Of a stretch of 64,000 nt of DNA, positions 53,215 to 64,000 are shown piece after piece; the first letter of the stretch is position 1, and each line of letters begins with the position of its first letter. Source of the DNA: Mobula hypostoma. Lineage: Eukaryota. A program made the position numbers and the translations under genes. The notes beneath the pieces were generated by a model. It was not told the DNA's origin. It did not search any database and was given only the letters and a program-made list of their open reading frames with translations. The stretch is taken from the NCBI RefSeq assembly GCF_963921235.1, contig NC_086097.1, positions 237,276,001 through 237,340,000 on the forward strand. Direction: 5' to 3'.

Positions 53215-53852
53215 AGGAGAAGATAGCAGCGCGCCACACGTGCACAGCTCTGCGGTGAAAATGATATCGTATCTGTTAAATAGGGGTCGTGGGCAATTCT
53301 GATTTGATGGAGACAGACGTGAAAGCACAGAGGAACATCTGGAGAAATTTCTGAAATGCCCGGTTTGCTGCTGCTGTTACTGTGCGATCGAGAATCTTCC
53401 GGAGGGAAGGCCTAAAAATCCCTGGCTTTGCCTGCTGCTGGTGACCAAGACTGAGGTCGAAGCGTTCGGCAGAGATGGTGCTCGGTACTCGGTGTCGGAG
53501 GGCTGATCGGAGGCTCGAAGTTTTCGGACGACTCAGTCGGACTGTGGTCGGGCATGGCAGGGAGAGATTTCTTCCTTCTCCCGTCTGTGTGAGATGTGGG
53601 ACATTCGAGAGACTTTGAACTTTTTTACTGTGCCATGGCCTGTTCTTCATCAAGTTATGGTATTGTTGCACTGTTGTAACTATATGTTATAATTATGTGG
53701 TTTTGTTAGTTTTTTTAGTCTTGTCCTGTCCTGTGTTTTGTGATATCACACCGGAGGAATATTGTATCATTTCTTAATGCATGCATTACTAGATGACAAT
53801 AAAAGAGGACTGTATCCCCTCATAATCTAATAATCTAATAACCTAATCTAAT
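53215..53852 (+). mobile_element. Unclassified CpG-rich non-coding retroposon with (TAATC)n-type tail
   Basis: CpG-rich 5' half, T-rich 3' half, aataaaa then cataatctaataatctaataacctaatctaat; no credible ORF. Confidence 0.5.
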
Positions 53853-54142
53853 GATGGTGAAAGTACACGTTCATTTGATATCTGCATTATCCCAAGAGTA
53901 CGGATATCTGGTGCATGACAAAATGTAGGAAAATGACTTCAAAAAATGCAGGAATTGGATCACTTGAGTTTGTTTAAAAGGAAAAGTGCTGCAGATAATG
54001 CATTCCAGCTGCAAAGAAGGATTGGCTACTGATTTCAGTATTTTCAATTTCATGCCACCCAGAAATAAGAGACTAAATTTGCAACTTTTATGAATGGCAT
54101 AAATTTTGTAAAGATGCCCAGTTAAGCAAAACAGGCCAACAA

Positions 54143-54271
54143 GCCCTGCCAAGTGTTTCGGCCCGAAATGTCGACTGTACTCTTTTCTATAGATACTGCC
54201 TGGCCTGCTGAGTTCCTCCAGCATTTTGTGTGTGTTGCTCGGATTTCCAGCATCGGCAGACTTTCTCTTGT
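54143..54271 (+). mobile_element. Short Penelope 3' terminal insertion
   Basis: cggcccgaaatgtcgac...gctgagttcctccagc; 11-bp TSD CAGGCCAACAA at 54132-54142 and 54272-54282. Confidence 0.75.
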
Positions 54272-54653
54272 CAGGCCAACAAATACAACTTTATACATCA
54301 TGGAAGAGAAAGAATGAGAAAGAACGCCACTGAAAGTAAATGCAAAGTAAACAAAGCGCGCAGACAAAAAGTAAGGCCTCGGGGTTCAACTACATAACGT
54401 TTTCAGAAAACTAAATTAAATAAATCCATTACAAATACCAACAGTCTTCAGGTTTTTGAAACAGACTCAGATTAGAAGAATATTCAAAGAAACTGTGTGC
54501 TATTACAGAACTAAAAATACAAAATATAGCAAGAAGACAAAGAGAAACAAAACTGCACTTCTTTAACACATGATGCCATATGAATGAAACCCAAGATGAT
54601 AGGAGTTTCGAATTATCAACATTTTGTGCTTGGTGGAATATTATGAAGGGGTT

Positions 54654-55491
54654 CGTCCCCCCCATCCCTCCCCACTGATCTCCCTCCTGGCACTTATCCG
54701 TGTAAGCGGAACAAGTGCTACACATGCCCTTACACTTCCTCCCTTACCACCATTCAGGGCCCCAAACAGTCCTTCCAGGTGAGGCATCACTTCACCTGTG
54801 AGTCGGCTGGGGTGATATACTGCGTCCGGTGCTCCCGATGTGGCCTTTTATATATTGGCGAGACCCGACACAGACTGGGAGACCGCTTTGCTGAACATCT
54901 ACGCTCTGTCCGCCAGAGAAAGCAGGATCTCCCAGTGGCCACACATTTTAATTCCACATCCCATTCCCATTCTGACATGTCTGTCCACGGCCTCCTCTAC
55001 TGTAAAGATGAAGCCACACTCAGGTTGGAGGAACAACACCTTATATTCCGTCTGGGTAGCCTCCAACCTGATGGCATGAACATTGACTTCTCTAACTTCC
55101 GCTAAGGCCCCACCTCCCCCTCGTACCCCATCTGTTACTTATTTTTATGCACACATTCTTTCTCTCACTCTCCTTTTTCTCCCTCTGTCCCTCTGACTAT
55201 ACCCCTTGCCCATTCTCTGGGTTTCCCCCCCCCCCGTCTTTCTTCCCAGACCTCCTGTCCCATGATCCTCTCATATCCCTTTTGCCAATCACCTGTCCAG
55301 CTCTTGGCTCCATCCCTCCCCCTCCTGTCTTCTTCTATCATTTCGTATCTCCCCCTCCCACTTTCAAATCTCTTACTCACTCTTCCTTCAGTTAGTCCTG
55401 ACGAAGGGTCTCGGCCTGAAATGTCGACTGCACCTCTTCCTACAGATGCTGCCTGGCCTGCTGCTTTCACCAGCAACGTTGATGTGTGTTG
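54654..55491 (+). mobile_element. Young 5'-truncated Penelope-like (Neptune-type) element with uninterrupted GIY-YIG C-terminus
   Basis: PGTYPCKRNKCYTCPY...GVIYCVRCSRCGLLYIGETRHRLGDRFAEHLRS...GMNIDFSNFR*; perfect 13-bp TSD TTATGAAGGGGTT at 54641-54653 and 55492-55504. Confidence 0.92.
55392..55430 (+). ncRNA. Minimal type I hammerhead ribozyme motif in the Penelope 3' repeat
   Basis: agtc-CTGACGA-agg(gtctcgg)cct-GAAA-tGTC-gact: stem I agtc/gact, stem II agg/cct, core boxes and GUC triplet. Activity not demonstrated. Confidence 0.7.
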
Positions 55492-57419
55492 TTATGAAGG
55501 GGTTAGTTTACTTGTCAGTGGAAAGCTGCTTCCATTTTGCCGATCATTGATTGGCCCGTTTGAAGGATGCAGCAGGTCTTTCCCATTGGTTGTCTTGTGT
55601 GCCACGGTATCGGTGTCAGGCATCTCAGGGGTATAAGATTAGCATGTGCGGGAGGCTCGCTTTCTCTCTCTCTCCCCTTTGTCCTCAAGGACAATTTCAC
55701 ACTGATGTCACAACCAGTGCTTGAAGAAGACTTACAAGGCCTGCGCACACTCTTAGCTAAATGTCTGTTTGCTGTTTGCTGAATATTATTTAGCTTTGTT
55801 TTTTGTGTAACTCGGGGGGGGGTAGGGGGACTTGGATGTCTGGTTGAAGCTTTTACTGTTTGCAAATAAATGATCAATATGCTTATTCACAATCGGTGTC
55901 TTCTGTCTCACTCACCAAACTCGTGAAGCTGCTTCCACGTTACACAGAAGTAAAAAGCTGGTGAAGCTATAGAAATACGGCATCTACACCATAATTAATA
56001 TCAGAGTACAATACAGAACAGCAACTTTGACAGATGGCGTCTGAAAGGAACTAGTGGCATAAAAACAAAGTTCTACATTCATCTTTAATCTTTCAAGCTT
56101 CATAGTTTTGTTAGAGGTGGTTTTCAGGTTGAATGTGCTAATGACAGTCATTGCCTTTTTAAAAGCAGAGATGATTAGATAAATTTTCTGACAGACCTAA
56201 GAAGTTGCAGCAAGTTCTCTAAACTCGTTTGGTGATGGACATGAACTCAAATCCAGGATAACCCTGGACTGACATTAATGCAAAGTGCTTAAACAAATAC
56301 AAACTTTCATGAAAAATGTAACGCTAGGGTGCCAAGTCTATAGCATGGAACTGCAACTTTGCAAAGTATAAGCACAAGGAATCTGCAGGTTCTGAAAATC
56401 CAGAGGATCTCTCACAAAATGCAAGTTAGCCAGTACCTATGGAGGGGAATAAACAGCTAATGCTTAGGGGCTGAAACCCTTCATAACAACACCACAAATT
56501 AACTGAGTTCAGTGTTACTTGCCAAAAAATATGGAGTGCATTTGAGGACACAAGAGGAAGAAACACATAATCCAAATATCTTTGGGATCTTCTACCGCTG
56601 TTATACACTGTAACTGTTAAAAGATCTGAAGAACTCATGAAAAGGTCATAAGTACTCTTTGCACTGTTTCTCCAGAGGATTTTTTTCACCATCCACTGAG
56701 AACGGATTAAATGAAGCACCCCCATTGAATTTTTAGTCCATTGTTTTCATGGCTAGCTACATTCTGTCACTTCCAAGGACTCACTAGGCTGAAAACTCTA
56801 TCAGTTTACTTTTGCGAAGCAAGTATTAATTATCTTTCGGATTCAAGAATCTGATTGTTAGTACTTAATGCCAATGTTGTCATCTCTTGGACTTAATCAT
56901 ACAAAGTTATGGTACTTCTGAAGCAAAGCTTATCAAGGAACAGTGACAATTTATGGGCCTTGCCAACTAGTGTGTACAACACCAAATCACTCATCCAAAA
57001 GTGTGAAAAGTATATTTTATGATTATAATGAAAACCTGCTTCAATTTCAGTGAAGTTATGGGGAACTTCAACCTCAATACGTCCAACAAAAAAATCTAAT
57101 TTTCATCTGGGACAGCTAAACTGTGTTTTTCCAGCTATCAATCATAAAGTAATTATCTGGGTGATAATTTTGTTAGAACCAAACGTGCATAACAGATTGG
57201 CAATTAGTGGAAAACTATCTTGCTAATTGACTGCATCTTGACTCAGTGGGTCATCAAATAGAATTGCATAATTTTGGAAATTTCCGCAAACAACACTCTG
57301 GTATATAAACACAATTCTTGGAGTACTGTGTGATAACTGTGATTTGTGGTTTTGGAATATTCTCTAATTGTTTTTAATTTCATGTAGAAATCTGTTTGGA
57401 TCAATTGGCTGAAGAGAGT

Positions 57420-57625
57420 GCCACCGTACCACAGCAGTTATTGCTATGCTATTACAGCTCAGGGCGTTCCAGAGTTCAAAGTTCAGAGTTCAGTTGCGGC
57501 GCCATCATTAAGAAGTTGGTGTGCACTCCCTATTGCCATATGAATTTCCTCCAGGTGATCCGGTTTCCTTCCTCAGTCCAAAGATGTACCAGTTAGTAGT
57601 TTAGTTAGTCATTGCGAATTGTCCT
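57420..57625 (+). mobile_element. V-SINE fragment
   Basis: tttcctccaggtgatccggtttccttcctcagtccaaagatgtacc. Confidence 0.65.
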
Positions 57626-57626
57626 T

Positions 57627-58262
57627 GGTTGGTGGTAAGGAAGCCAAATGCAATCATAGCATTCATTTCAAGAAGTCTTGAAAACGAGAGCAGGGATTGA
57701 TACTGAGGCTTTTATTGTGAACAGTTTTGGGCTCCTCATCTAAGAAAAGATGTGCTGACATTGGAGACGGTCCAGAGGAGGTTCACAACGATGATTCCAG
57801 GCAATGAAAGAGTTATCATATGAGAAACTTTTGGTGGCTCTGGGTCTGTGCTTGCAGGAATTTAGAAGAATGAAGGGGGATCTCAGTGAAACCCTTCAAA
57901 TGTTAAAAGGCATAGACAGGGTAGATGTGAAAAGGATGTTTCCCATGGTGGGGGAGTCTAGGACAAGAGGGCACAGCCTCAGGATAGAGGAGCGTCCATT
58001 TAAAACAGAGATGCAGAGGAATTTCTTTAGTCAGAGGATGGTGAATTTGCGGAATTTTTACCACAGACAACTGTGGAGGCCAGGTCGTTAGGTGTATTTA
58101 AGGCAGAGATTGACAGGGTCTTGATTGGACATGGCATCAAAGGTTACGGGGAAAAGGCCGGGGAATGGATGAGGAGGGGGAGAAAAGGCATCAGCCACGA
58201 TTCAATGGCGGAGCAACTTGATGGGCCAAATGGCCTAATTCGAGTCCTATGTCTAATGGTCT
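57627..58262 (+). mobile_element. CR1 3' fragment
   Basis: KELSYEKLLVALGL..QEFRRMKGDL...RGHSLRIEERPFKTEMQRNFFSQRMVNL. Confidence 0.85.
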
Positions 58263-58464
58263 TAAACTCTTGTGCTCCTGTAGTTAGGCTAGTGATAAAT
58301 CAGTGCGTTGCTGGGCAGTGAGGCTTGTTAGGCCAGTAGGGCCTGTTCCATACTCTATTTCTAAATAAAATAAATAAAGCTGACTCTAAAGTCACGGGTT
58401 CAGATTCTGCACCAACTTCTGAACTAATACTATAAGTAGAAAATCTATGCAATGAGATTTTAGA

Positions 58465-59185
58465 TAAGATTATAAGAGCAGAATTAGTCTATTCAGCCCA
58501 TTGAGTCTGCTCCGCCATTCCATTATGGCTGATCCCGGATCCCACTCAACCCCATACACCTGCCTTCTCGCTATATCCTTTGATGCCCTGACCAATTAGG
58601 AAACAATCAACTTCTGTCTTAAATATACCAATGGACTTGGCCTCCACCGCAGTCTATGGCAGAGCATTCCACAGATATACTACTCTTTGGCTAAAAAAAA
58701 AAATCCTCCTTTCCTCTGTTCTAAAGGGTCACCCCTCAATTTCAAGGCCTTACCTTCTAGGTCTGGATACTCCCACCATAGAAACCATCCTGTCCACATC
58801 CACCCTATCTAGTCCTTTCAACATTTGGCAGATTTCAATGAGATCCCTACATATTCCTCTAAATTCCAGTGAGTACAAGCCCAAAGCTGCCAAATGCTCC
58901 TCATGTTAACCCCTTCATTCCTGCAATCATCCTCATGAATTTCCTCTGTGTTCTCTCCAATGATCACACATCCTTGCTGAGATATGTGGCCCAAAACGGT
59001 TGGTAATACTCCAAGTGTGGTCTGACTAGTGTTCAGCATTATCTGCTTGCTTTTATATTCTATTTGCCTTGAAACAAATGCTAACATTACATTTTCCTTC
59101 TGTACCACAGACTCCACCTGTAAATTAACCTTTTGTGACTCTTGCACAAGGGCTTCTAAGCCCCTCTGTACCTCTGATGTTTGAA
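58465..59185 (-). mobile_element. CR1 3' fragment
   Basis: QESQKVNLQVESVVQKENVMLAFVSRQIEYKS plus CR1 3' UTR on the minus strand. Confidence 0.85.
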
Positions 59186-59299
59186 CCTACTCCTTATTTA
59201 GATAATAGATAAAATATGAAATCTCAGTGCTTTGGAAATGGGATTTAACCTGGACTGAATATTGCTTGGAAATAATTTGGAAAATGAGTAGCTCGGATA

Positions 59300-59700
59300 A
59301 TTGATGGTTGGGTTGAGTTGTTTTCCGATCTTGGAAATTTACTTGCAAATGTTTTGTCACCATACATGGAGACGTCATCAGTGCGTTGTTAATTGTGGCT
59401 TGCCTTCCAAATGCTTAACCTTTATATACTTATCAATCAGCTGATTAGTCATCATTACGAAAACTCAATTGCGATGTAGGGAGTAAGTCTTTTTGCTGAT
59501 TGGCTGTGTGGCAAACTTCGTGTGTTGTGGTCTGGAATTCTGCCTGCATCGGCTCACAAATAGGATTGAGGTATTTGTTTGCAGAATTTATTGGAAAGTC
59601 ACACTTCTAAAAATCCTTGTGCATGCTGTGTGTTTGCTAGCACCATGACTTTCACTGATGCCCAATCAAATTTGTGCCCCCCTTTCAAGTCTTGCTTGGT
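59300..59700 (-). mobile_element. Remnant of a second Penelope family (Poseidon-like) with decayed hammerhead
   Basis: Minus strand GHKFDWASVKVM.LANTQHAQGFLEV* (PLE endonuclease C-terminus), then gcaCTGATGAcgtctcca...tggtgacAAAAcatttgc at 59343-59385. Confidence 0.65.
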
Positions 59701-59954
59701 ACAGATTAATTTCCACATTTTCAAGATCACTACATTACAATAACTGGTTCTGTGTGGAGAATTGATGCACAAGAAGCTGCTATCTAAACATACACATAAA
59801 TCCTTCTAATTTGTCATACTGTCAGAGAAACAACTTCAAAAACTCAAACAGTGGTGCAATTTCTGAATGTACATATTGGTTCCTGACCTCAATTGAACAA
59901 CATCTGGGAGATGATTGGAAAATAAGATTCATCAACAGACAGCATGACAAATGG

Positions 59955-60140
59955 ATGCTACGGTTAGCGTAATGCTGTTACATCTCGGGAGCATCGGAGT
60001 TTGGTTCAATTCCAATGTCATTTGTAAGGAGTTCATGCGACCTCCCTGTGGAATGTGTGGGTTTTCTCCGGGGCTTCTGGTTTCCTCCCACAGTCCAAAG
60101 TCCTACTGGATAGGTTAGTTAGCCATTGTAAATTGTCCTG
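59955..60140 (+). mobile_element. V-SINE
   Basis: cggttagcgtaatgctgttaca...ggttcaattcc...gggttttctccggggcttctggtttcctcccacagtccaaag. Confidence 0.75.
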
Positions 60141-61079
60141 TGAACAGGTACATGGACATAGCAAAGATGGAGGTTTATGGGCATGGTATAGGCAGGAGGG
60201 ATTAATGTTTGGGTGTTTTGATTTGCTTTTTAGCTGCTTTGGCACAACATTGTAGGCCGAATAGTCTGTTCCTGTTCTATGTCCTATGTTCTGTTTCCAG
60301 CATCCGAAGAATCTGACTTTTATAATATTAAAATAGAACAAAGAACAGAAGATTACAGCACAGAAAAGGCACTTTGGCCCACAATGCTGTGCCAAACTAA
60401 TTAAATTAATAATGAAATGGTTAACCAAACTAATCTCTTCTGCCTGCAGAATATCCATATCCTACCATTTTTGTCACTTTTATGCCCCCAGCTAAACAGC
60501 TCTTAAAAGTATCTACCTCACGTTTCAGGCAGTACATTCCAGGTACCCACCACTCTGTATAAAAAACTTGCACCTCACGTCTCCTTTGAAACTACACATT
60601 CTCATCCTAAATGTATGCCCTCTGGTAGTAGACATTTCAACCCTGAATATATAGTTTCTTGGCAAATGCTTCAAGTTTAAAATTCAAAGTTCATTGCCAC
60701 AGGCAGACAAAACTGGGACATAAATGCCATGAAATTCACTTTTTGCAGGAGCACAGAATGATTAGCTTGACTTGTCAGATGTACATCAAAACATACAGTG
60801 AAATGCATTGTTTACATTAAAGCAAATTTGCGAGCATATGCTGGGGGCAGCCAACGAGTGTCGGCATGCTTCCGGTGCTAACATAGTATGCCCACAACTC
60901 ACTAACCCTGACCGTTCGACTTTGGGATGAGGGTTAGAACAGAATCACCTGAGGAAGCTCACTCAGTCATGGGAGAATGTCCAAATGTATAGACAGCGGG
61001 GAGAATCGAACCCTGATCGGTGATTGCTGCTGCATTACAAAAATGTCAATTATAAGTTAGCATAAACTTATGCATAACT

Positions 61080-61510
61080 CCCTCCAAGAGGACTACAACC
61101 TTGTTGCAGTGTTTGGAGACTTGCATGCCGCAATGACCATGAGACCTATGTTGGCTGGACTCAGGGCTTTATGCTTTGGCTCTTGGTAGGGTCAACCATG
61201 CTAAACAGGTCAAAGGGTAGAGGCCAGACTCAGAGTGGTCTGCCAGGTCCTCCAGGTTCAGGGGTACAGCTCAGGGCCAACAACCCTAACCGGTAAAACA
61301 CAATTGCTATGGAAACAGCAATAAAGAATCCTTCCACATCTGAGTGCAACGGTATTCCTGAGTCTCCACCAGAGACTTGCATGACTGACAGTAGTGAAAA
61401 CCAAGAGGAAACTGGTGACATGATGAAGGAAGCCCTGAGCACTGCCAGAAATGGGGAACCTTCACTGCTGCCCTAAATGCCAGCAGCGTAACGGGCAGTA
61501 AGTAGGTAAT
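61080..61510 (+). mobile_element. RTE-derived bipartite short element (5' UTR plus 3' end)
   Basis: 5' part resembles Expander/Rex3 RTE 5' UTRs as I recall them (ccttgtt...ctatgttggct...ggtagggtca.ccatg...aacaggtc...ggccagac); 3' part gctgccctaaatgcc...gggcagtaagtaggtaa is an RTE-type tail. Confidence 0.65.
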
Positions 61511-61893
61511 TATAATACAAAATAAACATGTCACTTGTTCAGTTGAGAGAGTGAAAAAGCATGGTAGTTCGAGGTTGTGTTAGAAAAAAAGGCAATTCCT
61601 CATGCTTGAAACTAAAAGGTGAATGCTGACATACCATATGTTTGGACAAGAATCCTATTATTACACAGTTTCAACACATCATAACAGTGATTTATTAGAT
61701 ATTAATAATAAGCCAGAAAAAAATGTCTAACCAGCTTAGTGCCCCTGCTTTGTGGTGACCTGAAATCACTTCCCTTGTGTTAACTTTCCCAGCATGTGAA
61801 TGTCAAAATCCACCATGTGCACCTAGGCAGAACTGATGATGGATATTCAACAGTAATACAGTACACACTATTTGGAAGTAGGAGAAATAGTTA

Positions 61894-62085
<192 letters not shown>

Positions 62086-62184
62086 TTATCTAAATTACTC
62101 TGTGTCAAACATATGTTCCTTCATTTCAAATTCTTTGATCTACATTTTTTGCAGTAAACCTTGAAAGTGAGAATTAAACACTGA

Positions 62185-62742
62185 ATTCCATCTGGGTAGC
62201 CTCTAATGTCTTGGCATGAATATAGATTTCTCCTTCTGGTAAACAAATATCCCCCGAGCTCAATTCCTCTATTCCCCACACTGACCTTTTATGTCTTCTC
62301 ACCAGCCTACCACCTCACCCTGGGTCCCCTCCTCCTTCCCCTTCTCCTATGGTCCACTCTCCTCTCCAATCTGATTCCTTCTTCTCCAGCCCTTGACCTT
62401 TCTCACCTACCTGGCCTCACCTATCACCTTCCAGCTAGCCTCCTTCCCCTCCCCCCACCTTTTTATTCTGGCATCTTCCCTCTTCCTTCAAGTCAAGTCA
62501 AGTCAAGTCAAGTCAAGCCAAGTAGCTTTTATTGCCATTTCAACCATAACTGCTGGTACAGTACACAGTAAAAACAAAACAACGATCCTCCAGGTGGATC
62601 CTCCTCAGTCCTGAACAAGGGTCTCGGCCCGAAACATCCATCATCTATTCATTTCCATCGATGCTGCCTGACCTGCTGAGTTCCTCCAGCATTTTGTGTG
62701 TGTTGCTTCAGATTTCCAGCATCTGCAGACTTTCTTGTGTTT
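62185..62742 (+). mobile_element. Penelope 3' fragment carrying a minus-strand LINE tail with (TCAAG)n microsatellite at about 62488-62595
   Basis: ttccatctgggtagcctc...; cagtcctgaacaagggtctcggcccgaaac; gctgagttcctccagcattttgtgtg. Confidence 0.75.
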
Positions 62743-63496
62743 TTAAATTTGAGCATGTTTTACAAGATATACTCCATACAATATTCCAGAAGAGGTAGAT
62801 TAGGTTATCATAAATTTAACAATTATTTTCCCCTACAAATTTTTGTGTACTTTAAAAGTAATCAATATTATCTTGTTCAAATAATTCTTTTTAAGTGTGA
62901 TCCACAACTTAGAAATATTTCCATTCCAGTACATTAACCAGGTACAACCAAATTTATTTTAGCTAAGTTATTACAGGGCTAATTGATAGCTCATTTGAAG
63001 TTTTGGCACTGGCACAGCTTCCTTCTGAACTGTATCATTCGGAGAATCTGTAATGATGTTGAATTAGATAAAATGTGCATATAAAGTACACATTTTTGAC
63101 TTAAGAGCATTAATACCCTTGCATGTTAAATTTTGCTAGAAGCAACAGCTAACAACAAATCAAAAAGACATCATCTCTTTGCCAAACCAAATAACATACA
63201 ATAAGGGATTAGCAAGAATCATATGATATGATGAGACAATCCAAACCTCAGTGGGCAACTAAAAACTGTTTTATATTGCTCAGATTTGTGCTACAGTGAA
63301 ACAACATAGAAACTGAAAGTACAATGACAGATCTCGGTTTCCACACATAGCACCACCAAGTTATTATCCCTCAACCATCAGGACGCTTGAACCAAAAGGG
63401 ATGAGTTCACTCAACTTCACTTGCCCCATCACTGAAATGCTCCCACAATCTATGAACTCACTTTCAAGGACTCTTCATTCCATATTCTCGATATTT

Positions 63497-63828
63497 AGAC
63501 CATAAGACCCTAAGACAAAGGAGCAGAAGTCAGCCATTCGGCCCATCGAGTCTGCTCCGCTATTTTATCATGAGCTGATCCATTCTCCCATTTAGTCCCA
63601 CTTCCCCACCTTCTCACCATAACCTTTGATGCCCTGGCTACTCAGATACCTATCATTCTCTGCCTTAAATACACCCAATGACTTGGCCTCCACTGCCGCC
63701 CGTGGCAATAAGTTCCATAGATTCACCACCCTCTGACTAAAAAAATTTCTTCGCATTTCTGTTCTGAACGGGCGCCCTTCGATCCTTAAGTCATGCCCTC
63801 TCGTACTAGACTCCCCCATCATGGGAAA
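63497..63828 (-). mobile_element. CR1 3' fragment
   Basis: MMGESSTRGHDLRIEGRPFRTEMRRNFFSQRVVNLWNLLP. Confidence 0.88.
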
Positions 63829-64000
63829 TTTACTTCTCAGTTAAATATTAATTTTTTTTTGTATTTGCACTGTTTGCTGTCTTTAGCACACTGTGGATGT
63901 GGTCTTTCATTGATTCTATTACAGTTATTCGATTTTATTTATTTAATTGTTTGTTTATTTATTGATTTATTAAATGATTGAGTTACAACACAGAATAGGC

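Overview
Vertebrate genomic DNA, most likely from a cartilaginous fish (ray/shark-type CR1 LINEs and HE1/V-SINEs; the taxon is my inference). The only host gene content is three consecutive minus-strand exons of a CUB/Sushi multiple-domain gene best matching CSMD3 (62033-61895, 36012-35825, 28028-27834). All have canonical AG/GT splice sites and splice in frame into a full CUB domain followed by a Sushi domain. The rest is intron packed with transposable elements: many CR1 LINEs, a near full-length Rex1/Babar LINE, a nested and internally deleted chromodomain-bearing Gypsy LTR element, a solo LTR, Penelope-like elements with GIY-YIG endonuclease and minimal hammerhead ribozyme motifs, RTE-derived short elements, tRNA-derived V-SINEs, a hAT-Charlie/Buster element and two Tc1/mariner derivatives. 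I found no convincing novel biological system. The best second-look items are the multi-layer TE nests, the ribozyme-bearing Penelope remnants with long TSDs, and inverted repeats near the CSMD exons. Boundaries of decayed repeats are approximate (about +/-20 bp) unless a TSD or TIR is quoted.
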